Shown: positions 1 to 13,234 of the stretch, piece by piece
Numbering within the stretch: the first letter of the stretch is position 1
Layout: the number at the start of each line of letters is the position of its first letter
DNA from: Mobula hypostoma
Lineage: Eukaryota
DNA: 64,000 nucleotides
Assembly (NCBI RefSeq): GCF_963921235.1
Contig: NC_086109.1
Coordinates: forward strand, 3,846,001-3,910,000
Direction of reading: 5' to 3'
The notes under the pieces: generated by a model
The model's database searches: none
What the model was told of the DNA's origin: nothing
What the model saw: only the letters and a program-made list of their open reading frames with translations
Program-made: the position numbers and the translations under genes

Positions 1-615
1 GCAGGAGAAAGGGGTAAAGAGGGCTGATAAATGAGCCATGCCGTGGGCAAATGGCCTATTCTGCTCCAATGTCTTCTGGCCTTCTGGTCTTGATTTCAAA
101 GCATTAAAGCAATTCATTTGAGTGTGGTTCTATACACACCATTGTGACTCAGTCTCATCATCTGCTACCGAAGTGATTGGTGCAAGAAGAGGGAGGTATA
201 TTTGAATGTCACAGCTCTTTCATCCAGTCTAATGTTGTTCTTTTGCGTGATCTGATGAAATATTACACAATGTGAAGGACATTGTGGCTGTGGCAGTAAA
301 TTGCTTTGTACCACACCCACCGTCTCCCAGAGTTAAATCTCAATATTGTATTCTCATGTTATCTTTTTACCCCTTGTAATTGAAATTCACTACATGCTGC
401 TTGCTGTAGGGGACAATTTGTTCGTGGTGCAGGCTTTGACAGCAGCTTAATCTGTCGCACTCTCTGCCAAGGAGCATTCATTTATTTCAGTAGAAAATGT
501 CAGTGTAAAATTAGAAAACAGCCTTAACAGCAGATGCACACACAAGCACTGGGAGGTGACATATGTTCTAGTTCTGTGTTCTTAATGTGTTCTCGTTCTG
601 CATTTTCTTTGACAG

Positions 616-733
616 AATTGTGTGTGAAATGGGGGAAGCAAGGCTCCTCAAGGAATCGGGTCCCGTCCAGCTGTGCGTTGGCGAGTGTGAGCCAAGATTC
701 ATGACGGAGTCGGTGCAACAGTACACCTTTGTG
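616..733 (+). CDS. PLXNA2: Plexin-A2 coding exon (end of first IPT/TIG domain), 118 bp
   Basis: ttctttgacAG acceptor and GTGAGT donor. Reads [39 protein letters not shown], resembling plexin-A2 as I recall it (IVCEMG..SGPV.LC.GEC.P.FMT.S.QQYTFV). Ends phase 0, in frame with the next exon. Not in the ORF track. Confidence 0.95.
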
Positions 734-1350
734 GTGAGTTAGCCCAGTGACAGAGAGGCCCAGGGAATTTCTTCCACGCAACCCAGCACCGAAACCGAGG
801 AAGACAGATGAGTGTTTCAGCTCTCATACACAATGCATAATGTACTCTTGGAATTCGAAAACTCAACATAACCTGCAGTTGTAGAAATGGGAACTTAAAA
901 CCAGAAATGCTGAGAACACCCTGCAGGTCAGGCAACATTTGGGGAGAGAGGAACAGAGTTCACGTGTCAGTCTGGACTCACTTGTTTTCTCTCTCAGATT
1001 AGGTGCAGAGTCTTCAACCTGAAACATTAATTCTGTTTCTCTCCTCACAGATGCTACTTGTCCTACTGAGTGTTTGCAGCATTTTATTTCCTGTTCGTAT
1101 TTCCTTTTCCAGCATCAGCAGATTTTTCTGTGATTGTCCTGACTAAAATTGTTGTGGGGGTTTGTTGCAGAACACCACCGGGTTCGCGGGTATCTGTGGG
1201 AAGGTAACTTAGTGTCCCTACCTAGTCTGCGACACACTCTGCAATGGAGAGTTGCCAGCAACTTCCATGTCTGAAAAACTGAATAAATTGAAAACAACTC
1301 TTCTGTTCCTTTCTGTCTGTTTCCCATGGATTTTCTTGGTCCCTGTCACC

Positions 1351-1353
<3 letters not shown>

Positions 1354-1407
<54 letters not shown>

Positions 1408-1446
1408 CACATGTATATATGTGTACATGTGTACACGTATGTGTCA
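1354..1446. repeat. (TG)n microsatellite followed by degenerate alternating purine-pyrimidine tract
   Basis: About 22 perfect TG units, then TA/CA/TG mixed alternation. Confidence 0.95.
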
Positions 1447-3219
1447 GATGTATGTGCATGCATGTGTACGTCGACCATCGATTTCCCTCCATAGATGAAG
1501 CATCTGCAGAATAAGGCCATCTTTGATCTGCTGATGGCTCCCGGCATTCTCTGAACATAGCCACTCTGCAGTTAATCTGAACTCTGCAGCTTTTGGATGT
1601 CAAATAACTTGGATATTCCTCCCAAATCCCATACTGGGATGTTCATACAACTATGATCTCTGTAGGGCTGGGAAGACTGTGATTTGCCTCAGTGAAAGTT
1701 TGGTCTAAAAGCTACATGCTTTTCTGAATGCATTGTGAAGTTTTGTTGGGTGGATGTTGGCAGAAGATATCCAGTGTGACGGGTTTGGCCATTCTAAGTG
1801 TCTGGTCTGACTGAAGTGTGCAGACATCTTAGCTTCTAATGAACACTGAAGAAATATTTTCCAAATGTCTGCCACAAGTAATTTCTACAAGTCTTTGGCA
1901 CCATGGCTATATTAAATAAATATTGCAAAAAGACAGCAAAAAATATCAATGACATTCATGGGCTGGTTCATTGATAGTGGAGGGGAAGAAGCTGTTCCTA
2001 AAACACTGAGTACATGTCTTTATGAATTGGTAGTTTATTTTCACTTCAAAAAGTGACATTGAGGAAAGCCAGGTGATCTCTCTTCTCCCAATTCTTTTAC
2101 TTTGATTCTCCAAGTGTCTTCATAACATCTCCTTCCACCCTACTCATCAAAGGACCTCAGTTTCTTCAAAGATTTAAGGAAGTACATATATTATCAAAGT
2201 CTGTATGCAGTATACAAACCTGAGATTCGTCTTCTCATAGACAGCCGCCAAACATAGAAAATGGTGGAACCCATTCAAAGAAAAACATCAAACTCTCAAT
2301 GTGCAAAAACAAAGAACAAATTGGGCAAATGACAAAAAAAAGTGAAAACCACAGAATATAAAAAAATCAAACCACAGAGTCATCAAAAGAGCCCAGACAT
2401 ATTCAGTTCAGTTCAATCTAGCGCTGTGTTGTTCATCGATCGCAGGCTGCAGAGCCAGACCACCCCGATCAAAATCACCCCAAATAGTAACAAAAAGGAG
2501 CGACCAGAAACCAGAAACACATCCTAACATAAACTACAGAGTCCAGTCCACAAACCATGTTGATTAAACCTTGCCCAAGACCCAGGATCCCGGCACCATC
2601 CTCCAGCAGCAAAGCGTTAGAGGGAGAGAGAGAGAGATAATTCAAACACAGACCAGGAGCAGCAGGCGAGACGGAGAGAAGGACCCACTTGCCTTCTACT
2701 CTCGTCCTAGTTGATTTCAATCTTCCTCGATGCTTAATCAGTGAGATTGGTGAGAAAAGAGTCCATCATGGGCTCACGCCTCTCCACCCACACATTCAGT
2801 GATTCAGGATCAGCTCCTTCCCCTCCGCCATCCGATCTCTGAATGGACATTGAATCCATGAACACTACCTCACTACCCCACCTCCAGGCTTCTAGACCTC
2901 GAGGCCGCACAGTTCACTTGTAACCTCCCCAAACCTCTTCGGAGATAGCAAAGCACCAGGTCGCTCAAGTGTCCAAAAACACAACACCAAAATGTGAATC
3001 ACAGGTTCCAATGGTTGCGGAATCACATTTGAAAGAAAAGGAAGAAGAAGAGGAAGGAAAAGAAATAGTTCATGAACTGTCTGAATGATGTCGCCCTTGG
3101 TCCCATTGTTTGCTGGCAGCATCTTTTGGTAGAATTGGAAAGAGTGGGTGATTTCAGCCTGGTAAAGTCAACATGGTCTTGTTCAAATTAAAAATATTCA
3201 CATTGCCAATGTAAATCCA

Positions 3220-3685
3220 AATAACTGCAGATTTGGAAATCTGAATTTAAAGCAGAAAATGTTTGAAATGGTTAGCAGGTTGGAGTTGACATTTCAGATT
3301 GAAGAGCCAGGACTGGAAGGGGAGGACAGAAGCTTGTGAAAGTGGAGGACAGGGTAACGGTGACCATGTAAACAGAGTGATCTGCTCAGTGAGAGAACAG
3401 AAGTAGTTAGAGAGGGAGAATGTAGACGGGGGATGTGGGAGTTGTGAGATACGGAGCAGGAAGAGGTGCTTCGGGCTTATCACGCTCTCCACTTCCAGAG
3501 AGAGAGAAACCAAGGAAATGAGGAAGGACCAAGCTGAGCCAATATCACTGACAGGCGACTGATACAGACAGAAATCCAGTCGCCTGGACTTGTAGAGTTC
3601 AGTAGCCAGCCCTGAAGGCTGCCCTGTTCCTGGACTGAAGATGAGGTGCGGTTCCTTGAGCTTGTGAGGACAGGAGGTCACACGT
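3220..3685 (-). mobile_element. Decayed Penelope-like element 3' end
   Basis: Minus-strand peptide KLKEPHLIFSPGTGQPSGLATE resembles the C-terminus of Penelope-like GIY-YIG ORFs (LEEQHLIF.LG.LQP.G.N.EF). It is followed by a pyrimidine-rich tract and the same terminal repeat seen at 15590-15690. Confidence 0.6.
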
Positions 3686-4351
3686 GGGACTGGGATTGGG
3701 TATTTTTACTGCAGAGATGAGTAGAAATTTCTTCAGCCAGAAGGTAGTGAATCTATGGAATTCTTTGCCACTAAGGACTGTGAAGGTAAAGTCATTAGTT
3801 ATATTTAAAGCAGAGATCTTGATTAGTAAGGGTGTCCAAGGATACAGGGAAAGGCAGGAGAATGTGGGAGAGAGGGATAATAAATCAGCCACAATAGAAT
3901 GGCGGAGCAGACAATGGGCTGAATGGCCTGCTTCTGCTTTTATGTTTTATGGTCTTATGGTCTTGTGAATAATGTGGAAGCAACAGGAAGCTGAAGATCA
4001 CCTCTGGAGAATGTACTGGGGAGTCTTCAGAGTGGTCACCTAATCACCTAAAGGAGAATCTCATTAAGGCTCAGGAGTTTGCAAGAGGGTGATGTTTACG
4101 TGTTAGGATTCTCCAGTGTATACATGTGAGTCCCCAGAATGATCATCTAAATCACTTGCTCTTCACGGATTGGGTCATCACCCTCTTCCAACCTGCTGAA
4201 CCTTAACGAGATTCTTTCCTCTCCATCCCAGTTCTGACAAAAGACCATTGACCTGAATTTGTCCCCATTTCTCCTCCCCCATATGCATCCCCACCTGTGG
4301 TGTATTTCAGGAATTTTCTGTTTTCATAATTTTATTTTTATTTTCTTTTTT

Positions 4352-4630
4352 ACTGAGATCCAGTGTGGAGTAGGACCATCCAGCCCCTCGAGCCATGCTG
4401 CCCAAAAATCCCCCAATTTAATGTTAGTCTAATCACGGGACAATTCATAATGACCAATTAACTTACGAACAAGTCCGTCTTTGGACTGTGGGAGGAAACC
4501 GGATCACCCAGAGGAAACCCACTCGGTCACGGGGAGAACGTACAATCTCCTTACAGGCAGCAGCGGGAAGTGAACCCAGGTCAACTGCACTGTAAAATGT
4601 TGTGTTGACTACTATGCTACCATGCTGTCC
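4352..4630 (-). mobile_element. tRNA-derived V-SINE (HE1-like); one of at least 12 copies
   Basis: tRNA-like head with GGTTCA.TTCCC B-box, then the V-domain GGGTTTCCTC.GGGTG.TCCGGTTTCCTCCCACAGTCCAAAGAC. Related copies lie near 11000-11340, 11780-12020, 19820-20085, 20120-20310, 21260-21570, 23670-23890, 33640-33880, 38505-39005, 39790-39900, 55380-55640, 57730-57990 and 58280-58490. Confidence 0.8.
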
Positions 4631-5173
4631 CTAATCACATCACTTTTGGGTAAAATGCAATCATTTGGGGACCTCATGGACGAGCGAACACGTTCTTTTA
4701 AACCACTGTACATCAGAGACTATTTTGTTATTTCTACGTTCAACGAGGGTTTAGATTCACTCTGTCTCAGCTGCTCAGGGCACTTATGGAAATTTGTTTA
4801 TTGGTTTTCATTATTCAAAGAGACAGTGCTTTTAGGAAGCATTCCTGAACCAACTCTGTACCATAGAACAGAATCTATTCAAACTGCGATGCCTGCCAGT
4901 GAATGTTAACTGGATGAAAAAGAGGGCAAGTGATTGAAGGTATTCTTTTCAAGCCTTCAAAGAGATGTAGATTCCACTTATCACCCTGGGGATGAACAGA
5001 GAAGCAAAGTTAATAAATGTAAGCTGGTGAACTTTGATTATGTTATCATCTAAGTGATTTATCCTGCAAAGGAACTGCTTATAGTATCAGTTGGGTCAAA
5101 CTTGAGAAGTAATTTCATCTTTAATCAGCCTTTATCTGTCCTTCTCCTCTGTTTTCTCTCCTCCCTTCTACAG

Positions 5174-5310
5174 AAGCCATCTTTGCGGGACCTGAGCCCC
5201 AGTCGAGGTCCAGAGTCTGGGGGGACAATGGTGACAATCACTGGCAAACACCTTGGTGCTGGCAGCTCTGTCAACGTGATGTTTGGGAACCAGACCTGCG
5301 AGTTTTACAG
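5174..5310 (+). CDS. PLXNA2: Plexin-A2 coding exon (IPT/TIG domain), 137 bp
   Basis: Long polypyrimidine tract plus cAG, GTGAGG donor. Reads [45 protein letters not shown](R), with the IPT signature P.RGP.SGGT.VTITG. Confidence 0.97.
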
Positions 5311-6011
5311 GTGAGGGGATGAGGGAAGTCTGGTCCACAGGAGCTGGCACCTCTCACTGCATTGGCTTGATCTGCCCTGGTATGCCCAGTGAATCAGAGT
5401 CAGAATCAGATTTATTATCACTGTAGGTCGTGAAATGCGTGTGAGGTTTTATTTAGGTACTGATTGAACTAAGCTGTAATTGGAAGTTTGTCCAAAGGTT
5501 CAACGTACCCAGCACCAATCTATCTGACGATCTGCTGTGGAAGTGGCTGGGAACTCTTCCTCCTCTATTTCTCTCAGTCCAAAGCAGAAAATTCACCATC
5601 AAGATGAGCTTCCACCACAGAGCTGTATCATCGCCAGGGAGGCCCATCCTTAATGTCTCCCGATAGTCTCCATCTCAGCAAACTGCCATCTATTCTCCTA
5701 TGTATGAAGGGTCCCCATCTGAAACTGTCCCTTCCACAGATAATGCCTGAGCTCTTTAACTTCTCCAGCAGTTTGCCAATTGCTACCTCAGCTCATCCGA
5801 AAGCCTTGTCTGTATGTCTGTTAAGCTTTAGCTTGTACCCTTCCTCCATGCTCCTGACATTGATATCTCCGACATGAATGTCCTGGGCTGTGCTGCCCTT
5901 CTCTACCCTTTGGTTTCTTGAACTCAAAGGCTTCACGTTCAATAAGGTCTGAACTTTCAGAATCTCACCCTACAATCCAGATTCTGGCTATTGCCCGTAA
6001 AGCAGATGAAA

Positions 6012-6720
6012 GGACTTGGGAGTCTTTGTGCTGGATTCCCTAAAGGTTAATTTGCAGTTTGTGTCTGTGGTGAGAAAAGCAAATGCAATGTTAGCATTCA
6101 TTTCAAGAGGATTAGAATATAAAAGCAAGGATGTAATGATGAGGATTTACAAAGCACTAGAGAGGCCGCACTTGGAGTATTGTGAGCAGTTTAGGGCCCC
6201 TTATCTCAGAAAGGACTTGCCAACATTGGAGAGGGTTCAGAAGGGGTTCACAAAAATGATTTCAGGATTGAACAGCTTGCCACATGAGAAGCATTTGATG
6301 GCACTGGGCCTCCACTCACTGGAGTTCAGAAGAATGAAGAGTGATCTCATTGAAACATATTGAATGGTGAAAGCTCTTGACAGAGTGGCTATGGAGGGAA
6401 TGTTTCTTATGATGGGAGAGTCTCAGACCAGAGGACACAGCCTCAGAATAGAGGTGCGTCCTTTTAGAACAGAGATGAGGAGGAATTTCTTTAGCCAGAG
6501 GGTGGTGAATCCATAGACTTCATTGCCACAGGAAGCTGTGGAGGTTGTCCTTATGAATATTTAAGGAAGAAGTTGATAGATGCTTCATTGGTCAAGCCCT
6601 GAAGGAATATGGGGAGAAAGCAGGAGATTGAGGCTGAGAGGAAGGAATAACCGATCAGCCATGATGAAATAGTAGCAAACCCGAAAGACCAAAGCGCCTA
6701 ATTCTGCTCCTATATCTTAA
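6012..6720 (+). mobile_element. CR1-clade LINE 3' fragment
   Basis: ORF2 C-terminal motifs KANAMLAFISRGLEYKS, RPHLEYC, LERVQ and LGLHSLEFRRM.SDLIETY, with stops, followed by the 3' UTR. Similar fragments occur at 3715-3965, 6835-7190, 32110-32410, 34490-34990, 48000-48620, 50690-51130 and 55790-56030. Confidence 0.9.
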
Positions 6721-7249
6721 TTAGTGGACATTTGTGTTGTCTAGAAATGCCACAAATGACATCAACCAACGTGAATTGGTGTTTAAAGATTTTAAGATTA
6801 TATGTGCAAATTTCTGCTGCTTGGACTAGAAACACTGTCTTTGAGGGTAGGTTGAGTGAGCTAGGGCTTTTCGCTTTGGAGCAAAGAAGAATGAAAGGTG
6901 ACTTGATAAAGGTGTACAAGGTGAGAAGAGTCAAAGATTGAGTGGACTGGCAGAGACTGTTCCCCACGGTGGAAATGGCTAATACAAGAGGGCACAATTT
7001 TAAGGTGATTGGGAGAAAGTATGGGGGGGGGGGTGATTTCAGAGGTAGATTTTTTTACACAGAGTGGTGGGTGTATGGAACAACTTTCCGGGGTGGTGGT
7101 AGAGGCAGATACATTAGGGACATTTAAGAAACTCTTAGGAAGGTGGATAATAGAAAAATGGAGGGTTATGTGTGAGGGAATGGTTAGTTTGATGTTGCTA
7201 ATGCAAGTGACCTATTTTACTGCATGCTTTGATGTAATAGCCCCAAGAG

Positions 7250-7557
7250 GACCATAACCTTGTCTCAGGGTTTTGGAGGCTTGCGTGCCTCAATGACCCG
7301 GAGAGCCATGTTGGCTGGAGTTGGCCTTGTGCTTTAGCTCTTGGAAGGGTCACCCATGCCAAACAGGTCAAAGGGTGGAGGCCAGACTAAGAATGGTCCA
7401 CCTGTCCTGCTGGTTTGGGGATTCAGCTCAGGGCTAACAACCCCGACTGGTCAAAAAACAATTGTTACAGAAACAGCAATGAAGAATACTTTTCTAAAGA
7501 CGTAGATTGAGGACCTTTATTGCAGCCTAAACACCAGCAGTGTACTAGGTAGTAAGT
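7250..7557 (+). mobile_element. Non-autonomous RTE-related retroelement, family B (Expander/Rex3-like leader joined to a short 3' tail)
   Basis: GGCTTGCGTGCCTCAATGACCC..AGGGTCACCCATGCCAAACAGGTC leader and a short AGTA-type tail. Reverse-complement copies at about 16998-17380 and 61418-61800. No ORF. RTE assignment is from recalled motif similarity. Confidence 0.55.
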
Positions 7558-8349
7558 TTAATGTAATAAGTAAGATTGAATCTTAAGTCTTGATCTTCGA
7601 GTAGTTAAAGGTCAGCAGAACATTTTGGGCCGAATGGCCTGTATTGTGCTGTAATGTTCCATGTTTTAAATCACCCTGCGATTTATGATCATCTTTTGGG
7701 AGCAAACTTATGCTGAACAATCTGTAGTGAAAGTCAGTCAGCAAGATAAAGGGATCTCCACACTTCCTATTAGTCCAACTCTAGATTAAAACATTAGTCA
7801 CCAGAAGATAGGTTAATGTAATCTTCAGTGATGTGAATCAGTGTAAGGCTTTGACTTGAGCTTGCTAGCTCTGATCTTCCAGATTTATTCCACTCTGAGT
7901 GTTGATAAAGCTGTGCACCAGCAGAGAGTATGGAACCTCCACTTGGACTCAGTCCAGGGACAAGGTCAGAAGGCACTGGACTGACAGATGACAAGGGAAG
8001 TTCAAAGGGACATTAGAAGATAATGTGAGTCTGCCAAATTCTGCAAATGGCATTCAGCAGTGGGAACTGGAGGTGAACCAACATGGTTTAAGACCAGAAG
8101 GCATGAGCAGAATTAGGCTATTCAGTCCCTCAAGTGTGCTCCACTATTCCATCTTGAATTTATTAACCCTCTCAACCCCATTCTCCTGCCTTCTCCCCAT
8201 AACCTTGATGCCCTGACTAATCAAGAACCTATCAACCACTGCTTTAAATATACCCAGACCTGGCCTCCACAGCCGTCTGTGGCAGTGAATTCCACAGATT
8301 CACCACCCTCTGACTAAAGAAATTCCTTCTGTTCTAAAGGGACATCCTT

Positions 8350-8960
8350 CTACTCGGATGCTAAAGACCTGTTGTGGTGGTGGACAAACTCCAGTGGGTC
8401 CAGGTTCTTGCTTACGCAAGAACTGATTGTGGCCGTGACCAACTCCTCAAAGCATTTCATCACAGTAGATGTGAGTGGCTCTGGGTGATGGTTGTTGAGG
8501 CATCTCACCCTGCTCTTCTTGGACACTGGTATGATTGGCACCCTTTTGACAGCAGCAGTGAGAGGCTGAAGATGTCGTTGAATGCTCTAACCAGCTGGTT
8601 GGCACAGGTTTTCGTTACCCTGACAGGCGCACTGATAGATCTGATGACTTGCGAGGGTTCACCGTCTTGAAGAATGTTTGGATATCAGCTTCCAAGACAG
8701 AAATCACGAGATCACCACTGCTTTGTGGACTCACACGGGTGTAGAGTTATTCTCCCTTTCAAAGCATGCATAAAAAGGCGTTGAGCGCGTTGGGGAGTGA
8801 AACATCACAGCCATTTATGCTGCTAGGTTTCACCTTGTGGGAAGTAATGACATTCAAACTCTACCACAGCTGTTAGGCATCTAATTCCATCTCTAGCTTT
8901 ACCCGACATTGCCTTTTCGCTCTCATAACAGCCTCTGTAGGTCGTACCTGGACCTCTTGT
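8350..8960 (-). mobile_element. Rex1/Babar-like LINE RT fragment
   Basis: Peptide IIPVSKKSRVRCLNNHHPEPLTSTVMKCFEELV..LDPLEF matches the pre-RT motif IIPVPKK..CLNDYRPVALTS.VMKCFERLV..LDPLQF. Confidence 0.8.
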
Positions 8961-11900
8961 AGGAATGATAATTAACATAATAATTAAGTATTTATCTCTC
9001 TATAAAAATGAGCAAGCCAGCAGGTTCAGAATAAATGTATTTCAGGCTGCTGAAAGAAGCAAGAAGGGAAACTGTGTGAAAGGACATGGAGAAAGTTGTC
9101 CTTCATTAAGTGAGGCATAAAATATAAACGTGAGCAGGATTAGATTGAACTGTTTGCAGCATTAATTACTCTGCAGCTTGAAGACTGCGACAGTTCATCA
9201 CATTATAGATGTGGGGGGTGCAGATGGGACGCTGCCAGGACCTGGGTATTGTAGCAAGGAGGAATAATTGAATGGTTTTGGGAGTGTTTCCTTGGGGAGA
9301 GAAGAGACTGTTGTGCATTGAGGTGAATACAATTATGTGGAATCTCGAAAGATTAAATAAGAATCGGTCCAAAGCTAATGGCCACCAATTGTAAATGAAT
9401 ACACATTAGGAGTAGGTGTAAGCCACTTGGCCTTCTCAAGCCTGCTGTACCAGCCAATAAAAATGTGACTGATCTGATTGTCACAGCCATACAGGCCCTT
9501 CAGCCCATCCTGTCCTGCTGACCATCAAGTAACTGTATGAAATTCGGTATCCCATTCACCTGAGGTCACCTTCCTCCCACTCATTTATCCAGAACCTGCT
9601 CACTACTGCTATGGGTAAAGACCCTGCGTCCTCCACACCCCGCCGGCCCCCCCCCCCGACCGTGGCTCTCTGTCAGAACGATCCCACCTGAGCTGGTGCC
9701 TCCTTTATTTAACTATTCAAGGTTCCAATCTCTTCCATCCCAATGATCCTAATTACACCCATATAATCCAAGTCGCTGGCAGTGTGATAGTGTTACACTA
9801 GCTGCTAACCCTACTGCCCACCCCTTTTTCTAAAGTGATCCACTGTCCACGCCCCTCACAGTCTAACGTGTTTCATTAACTCCCCCCGTGGTCTCCTCAG
9901 CTCTGTTGGCTGCCAGCCCAGCATTGGCAATTAGCTTGCAGTTGAGGTACATCCTCAGTCTGCAGTTGTTGGTGTTTCTCTCTGGAGGTGCCCACGTTTA
10001 TATAGGCCCCCCCCCGTTCGCTTGCCTCAGTCCTGATTGGCTACCCCTTCAGTTGACCTCTGAATTCTATTGGCTCGCATTTCTTTGGCTCTTCGAGGTT
10101 CATAGGTGGTGTCTATTTTGATAAGTAATAGCCTGCTGATTGCAGACCAGAGGGGAGGGGGGAAAGCAGATATTCAGCTGGAGATCGGTTAGGGCTGCAA
10201 AGCCAGAGAGGTGGAAACTCCCATCCCAGTTCAAAGTCAAAGTAAAATTTATTACCGAAGTCCGTATATGTTACCATATACCACCTTGATTCACTTTTTT
10301 GCAGGGATTTACAGGAAAATAACGAAATATATTAAAACTTACAACAGAATTAAAGAAATGTGGTAGCATAGAATACTCACAGGTTAAGCATGGATTCAAA
10401 GGGCAGTGGCCTACAGGGCCAGTGCTAGTGGATGGATTTAGCTGGGAACATACAACTAGCACAGTCAAGTCAAGTCAAGTTTATTGTCATTTCAACCATA
10501 ACTGCTGGTACAGTACACAGTAAAAATGAAACAACGTTCCTCCAGGACCATGGTGCTACATGAAACAACACAAAACTACACCAGACTATGTGAGACAGCA
10601 CAAGGCTACACTAGACAACGTAAAACAACATAAACACTACACTAGACTACAGACCTGTACAGGACTACATAAAGTGCACAAAACAGTGCAGGGCAGTGCA
10701 ATAATTAATAAACAAGACAATAGGCAGAGTAGAGGACAAATTACAATATGGGGCTGAATGTCCTGTGTTGTAGATATTTGATAGATGTCCCTCTGTCCCA
10801 GTGAGTCAGTCAGTTCATGGGCTTTTCCTACTTCAACCACAACCTCCCCCACTTTTTCAACAACGCACAACCTGCTGGCGGGACTCAGCAGGTCGAGCAG
10901 CATCCGTGGGAGGAAAAGAATTGTCGATGATCCGGTTGAGAGCCTGCATCGGGGCCCCTCTCAGGCCCTGTGGCTCGATTTGGGGTGTCACGCGTAGCCT
11001 AGAGGTTAGTGTAACACAATTATAGCGCCAGCACCCAGCATCTGTCTGTCAGCAGTTTGCACGTCCTCCTCATAACCGCGCGGTGTTCCTCTCACATTCC
11101 AAATGTGTACGGGTTAGGGCTAGTAAGCTGTGCGGATGATATGTTGGTGTAGGAAACTTGGCAAAACTTGTAGGTTGCCCCCAACATTTATTTATTGAGA
11201 TACAGCACAGAACCGACCCTTCCTTCCCTTCGAGCCACGCCGACCAGCTATCCCCTGATTTAATCACTGGACAATTTACAATGACCAATTAACCTCACGC
11301 TTGGTTGTTGATGTGAACTCTGCATTTCACTGTATGTTTCGATGTACAGGTGGCAAATGAAGTTCATCTTCTTTAAATGGCACTTTGAAGCATAATTCTG
11401 CATGGGACCAGATAAAACAGTTGATAGTTATTTCCGAATCTCGATTCCAATGCAGATATTTACTTCATCAGCCGCTGCTCTCCAGATCGGAATGAAAGTT
11501 TCAGAAAGCTTTAACCATCACTCTAAGTGCCTGCCAACTGATAAAACAGAAGATCTCAGGTGGAAAAGATGCAATGAAAGGAAGATTTAAACAGAATTAT
11601 GAAAGTATTTAGTCAGTTTAACTTAATGTCAGTCAGAATGTGACACTGCAGTGTGAGCATTTAAGTAAAGCTCAGTCTTTCAGTAAGGTTATGTTTACCT
11701 TAAATGACTTTCTTTTAGAAAGGCCTACAGTACAGCAGATTCCACCACTGACTTGCATGTCCATAACATTTTACAGAGCCAGTCGTTAGGGTTTAATTCC
11801 CGCCGCTGTCTGTAAGGAGTTTGTATGCTCTCCCCTGTATCCGTGTGGGTGCTCCCATTTCCTCCTGCATTCCAAAGACATACAGTTTGTAAAGTTGAGG

Positions 11901-13234
11901 GCATGCTATGTTGGTGCCAGAAGTGTGGCAACATTTGCGGCAAATCCTTGTCCTGTGTTGGTTGTGGATGCAAAACGATGCACTACATTGAACGTTTCAA
12001 TGTACGTGTGACAACTAAAGTTAATTTCTCTCTCCACTGGCCTAGCTCCAGTGAAGGCAGGTGTAGAGTCACTCCACAGTTTGTCCATGGATCAATTAAA
12101 ATTCCCAAACAAGATGAATTAGTGCGATTTAAACCCCGTACCCTGACTGGGTCGTTGGAGACGCACTGAGCTTTAGTATTCCAAGCTGACCTCCGATGGC
12201 GGACCATCTTCCTGTGGACCTCTCTCTGGTGCTCCTCCTCCTTCCCTTTTTTCCATGGTCTCCTCTCCATCAGATTCCTTCCTCTTCAGCCCCTTACCCC
12301 TTTCATCAAACCTCTCCCAGCTTTCTACTTCATCCCCCCCGACCTCCACCCATCTCTCTTCCCCCTCACCCAGTCTCACCTATCATCTGCCACCTTGTCC
12401 TCCTTCCCCTCATCCCACCTTCTCATTCTATCTTCTTCCCCCTTTCTCGTCCAGGTGAAGAGTCTCAAACAGAAATATCGACTGTTTATTCCTCCCCATA
12501 GTTGCTGCCCGACCTGCTGAGTTCCTCCAGCATTTTGTGTGTGTTGCTCTGGATTTCCAGCATCTGCAGAGTCTCTTGTGTTTACCATCTTCCTGTGAGC
12601 TGGAGGTACATAGTCGCACAGCTGAGGATGCTCTCTGGTAGGTGGGGTATGTCTGTTTCCATGGCTGCGTGAGGTCAGAGTTCCTGCTGCAGTGTTGTAG
12701 GAAGATTGAGCTAAGGTATGGTGAGGCAAGATCACAGGGTCTAATGACCTTCTCCTGCTCTGACTGCTCTTTGGGGAAGCTCTACATAAAACAATCTGAG
12801 AGGATATTTGGCATCATGTCCCCATTAACTCCAACCAATTTTTATCGATGCTCCATCAAAAGCATTCTGTGTAGACGCACCATGGCTTAGTATGGCAGCT
12901 GCTCTGCATGTAGCCACAGGAAACTGCAGGGAGATGTGGACACAGCTCAGCTCGTCGTGGACTCTGTCTACGCTTCTCACTCTCTCAGTAAAGTAGCCAG
13001 CATTATCAAAGACCCCACCTACCCCAAACTCTCTTCTCCCCTCTCCCATTCTGCAGAAGATAGAAAAGCCTCAAAGCCTGCCCCTCCAGGCTCAAGGGAA
13101 GCTTTTATCCAGATCAGCAGACTCTTGAACAAACCTCTTATACAATAAGTTGGATTCTTGGCCTCACCATCTCCTTCCTTATGATCTTGGACTTTATCAT
13201 TTATCTGCACTGCATTTTTCCGTAGCGTTTACAC

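Noticed and set aside
1218..1603. Several overlapping HT/CV-repeat ORFs
   Set aside because: Translations of the (TG)n microsatellite.
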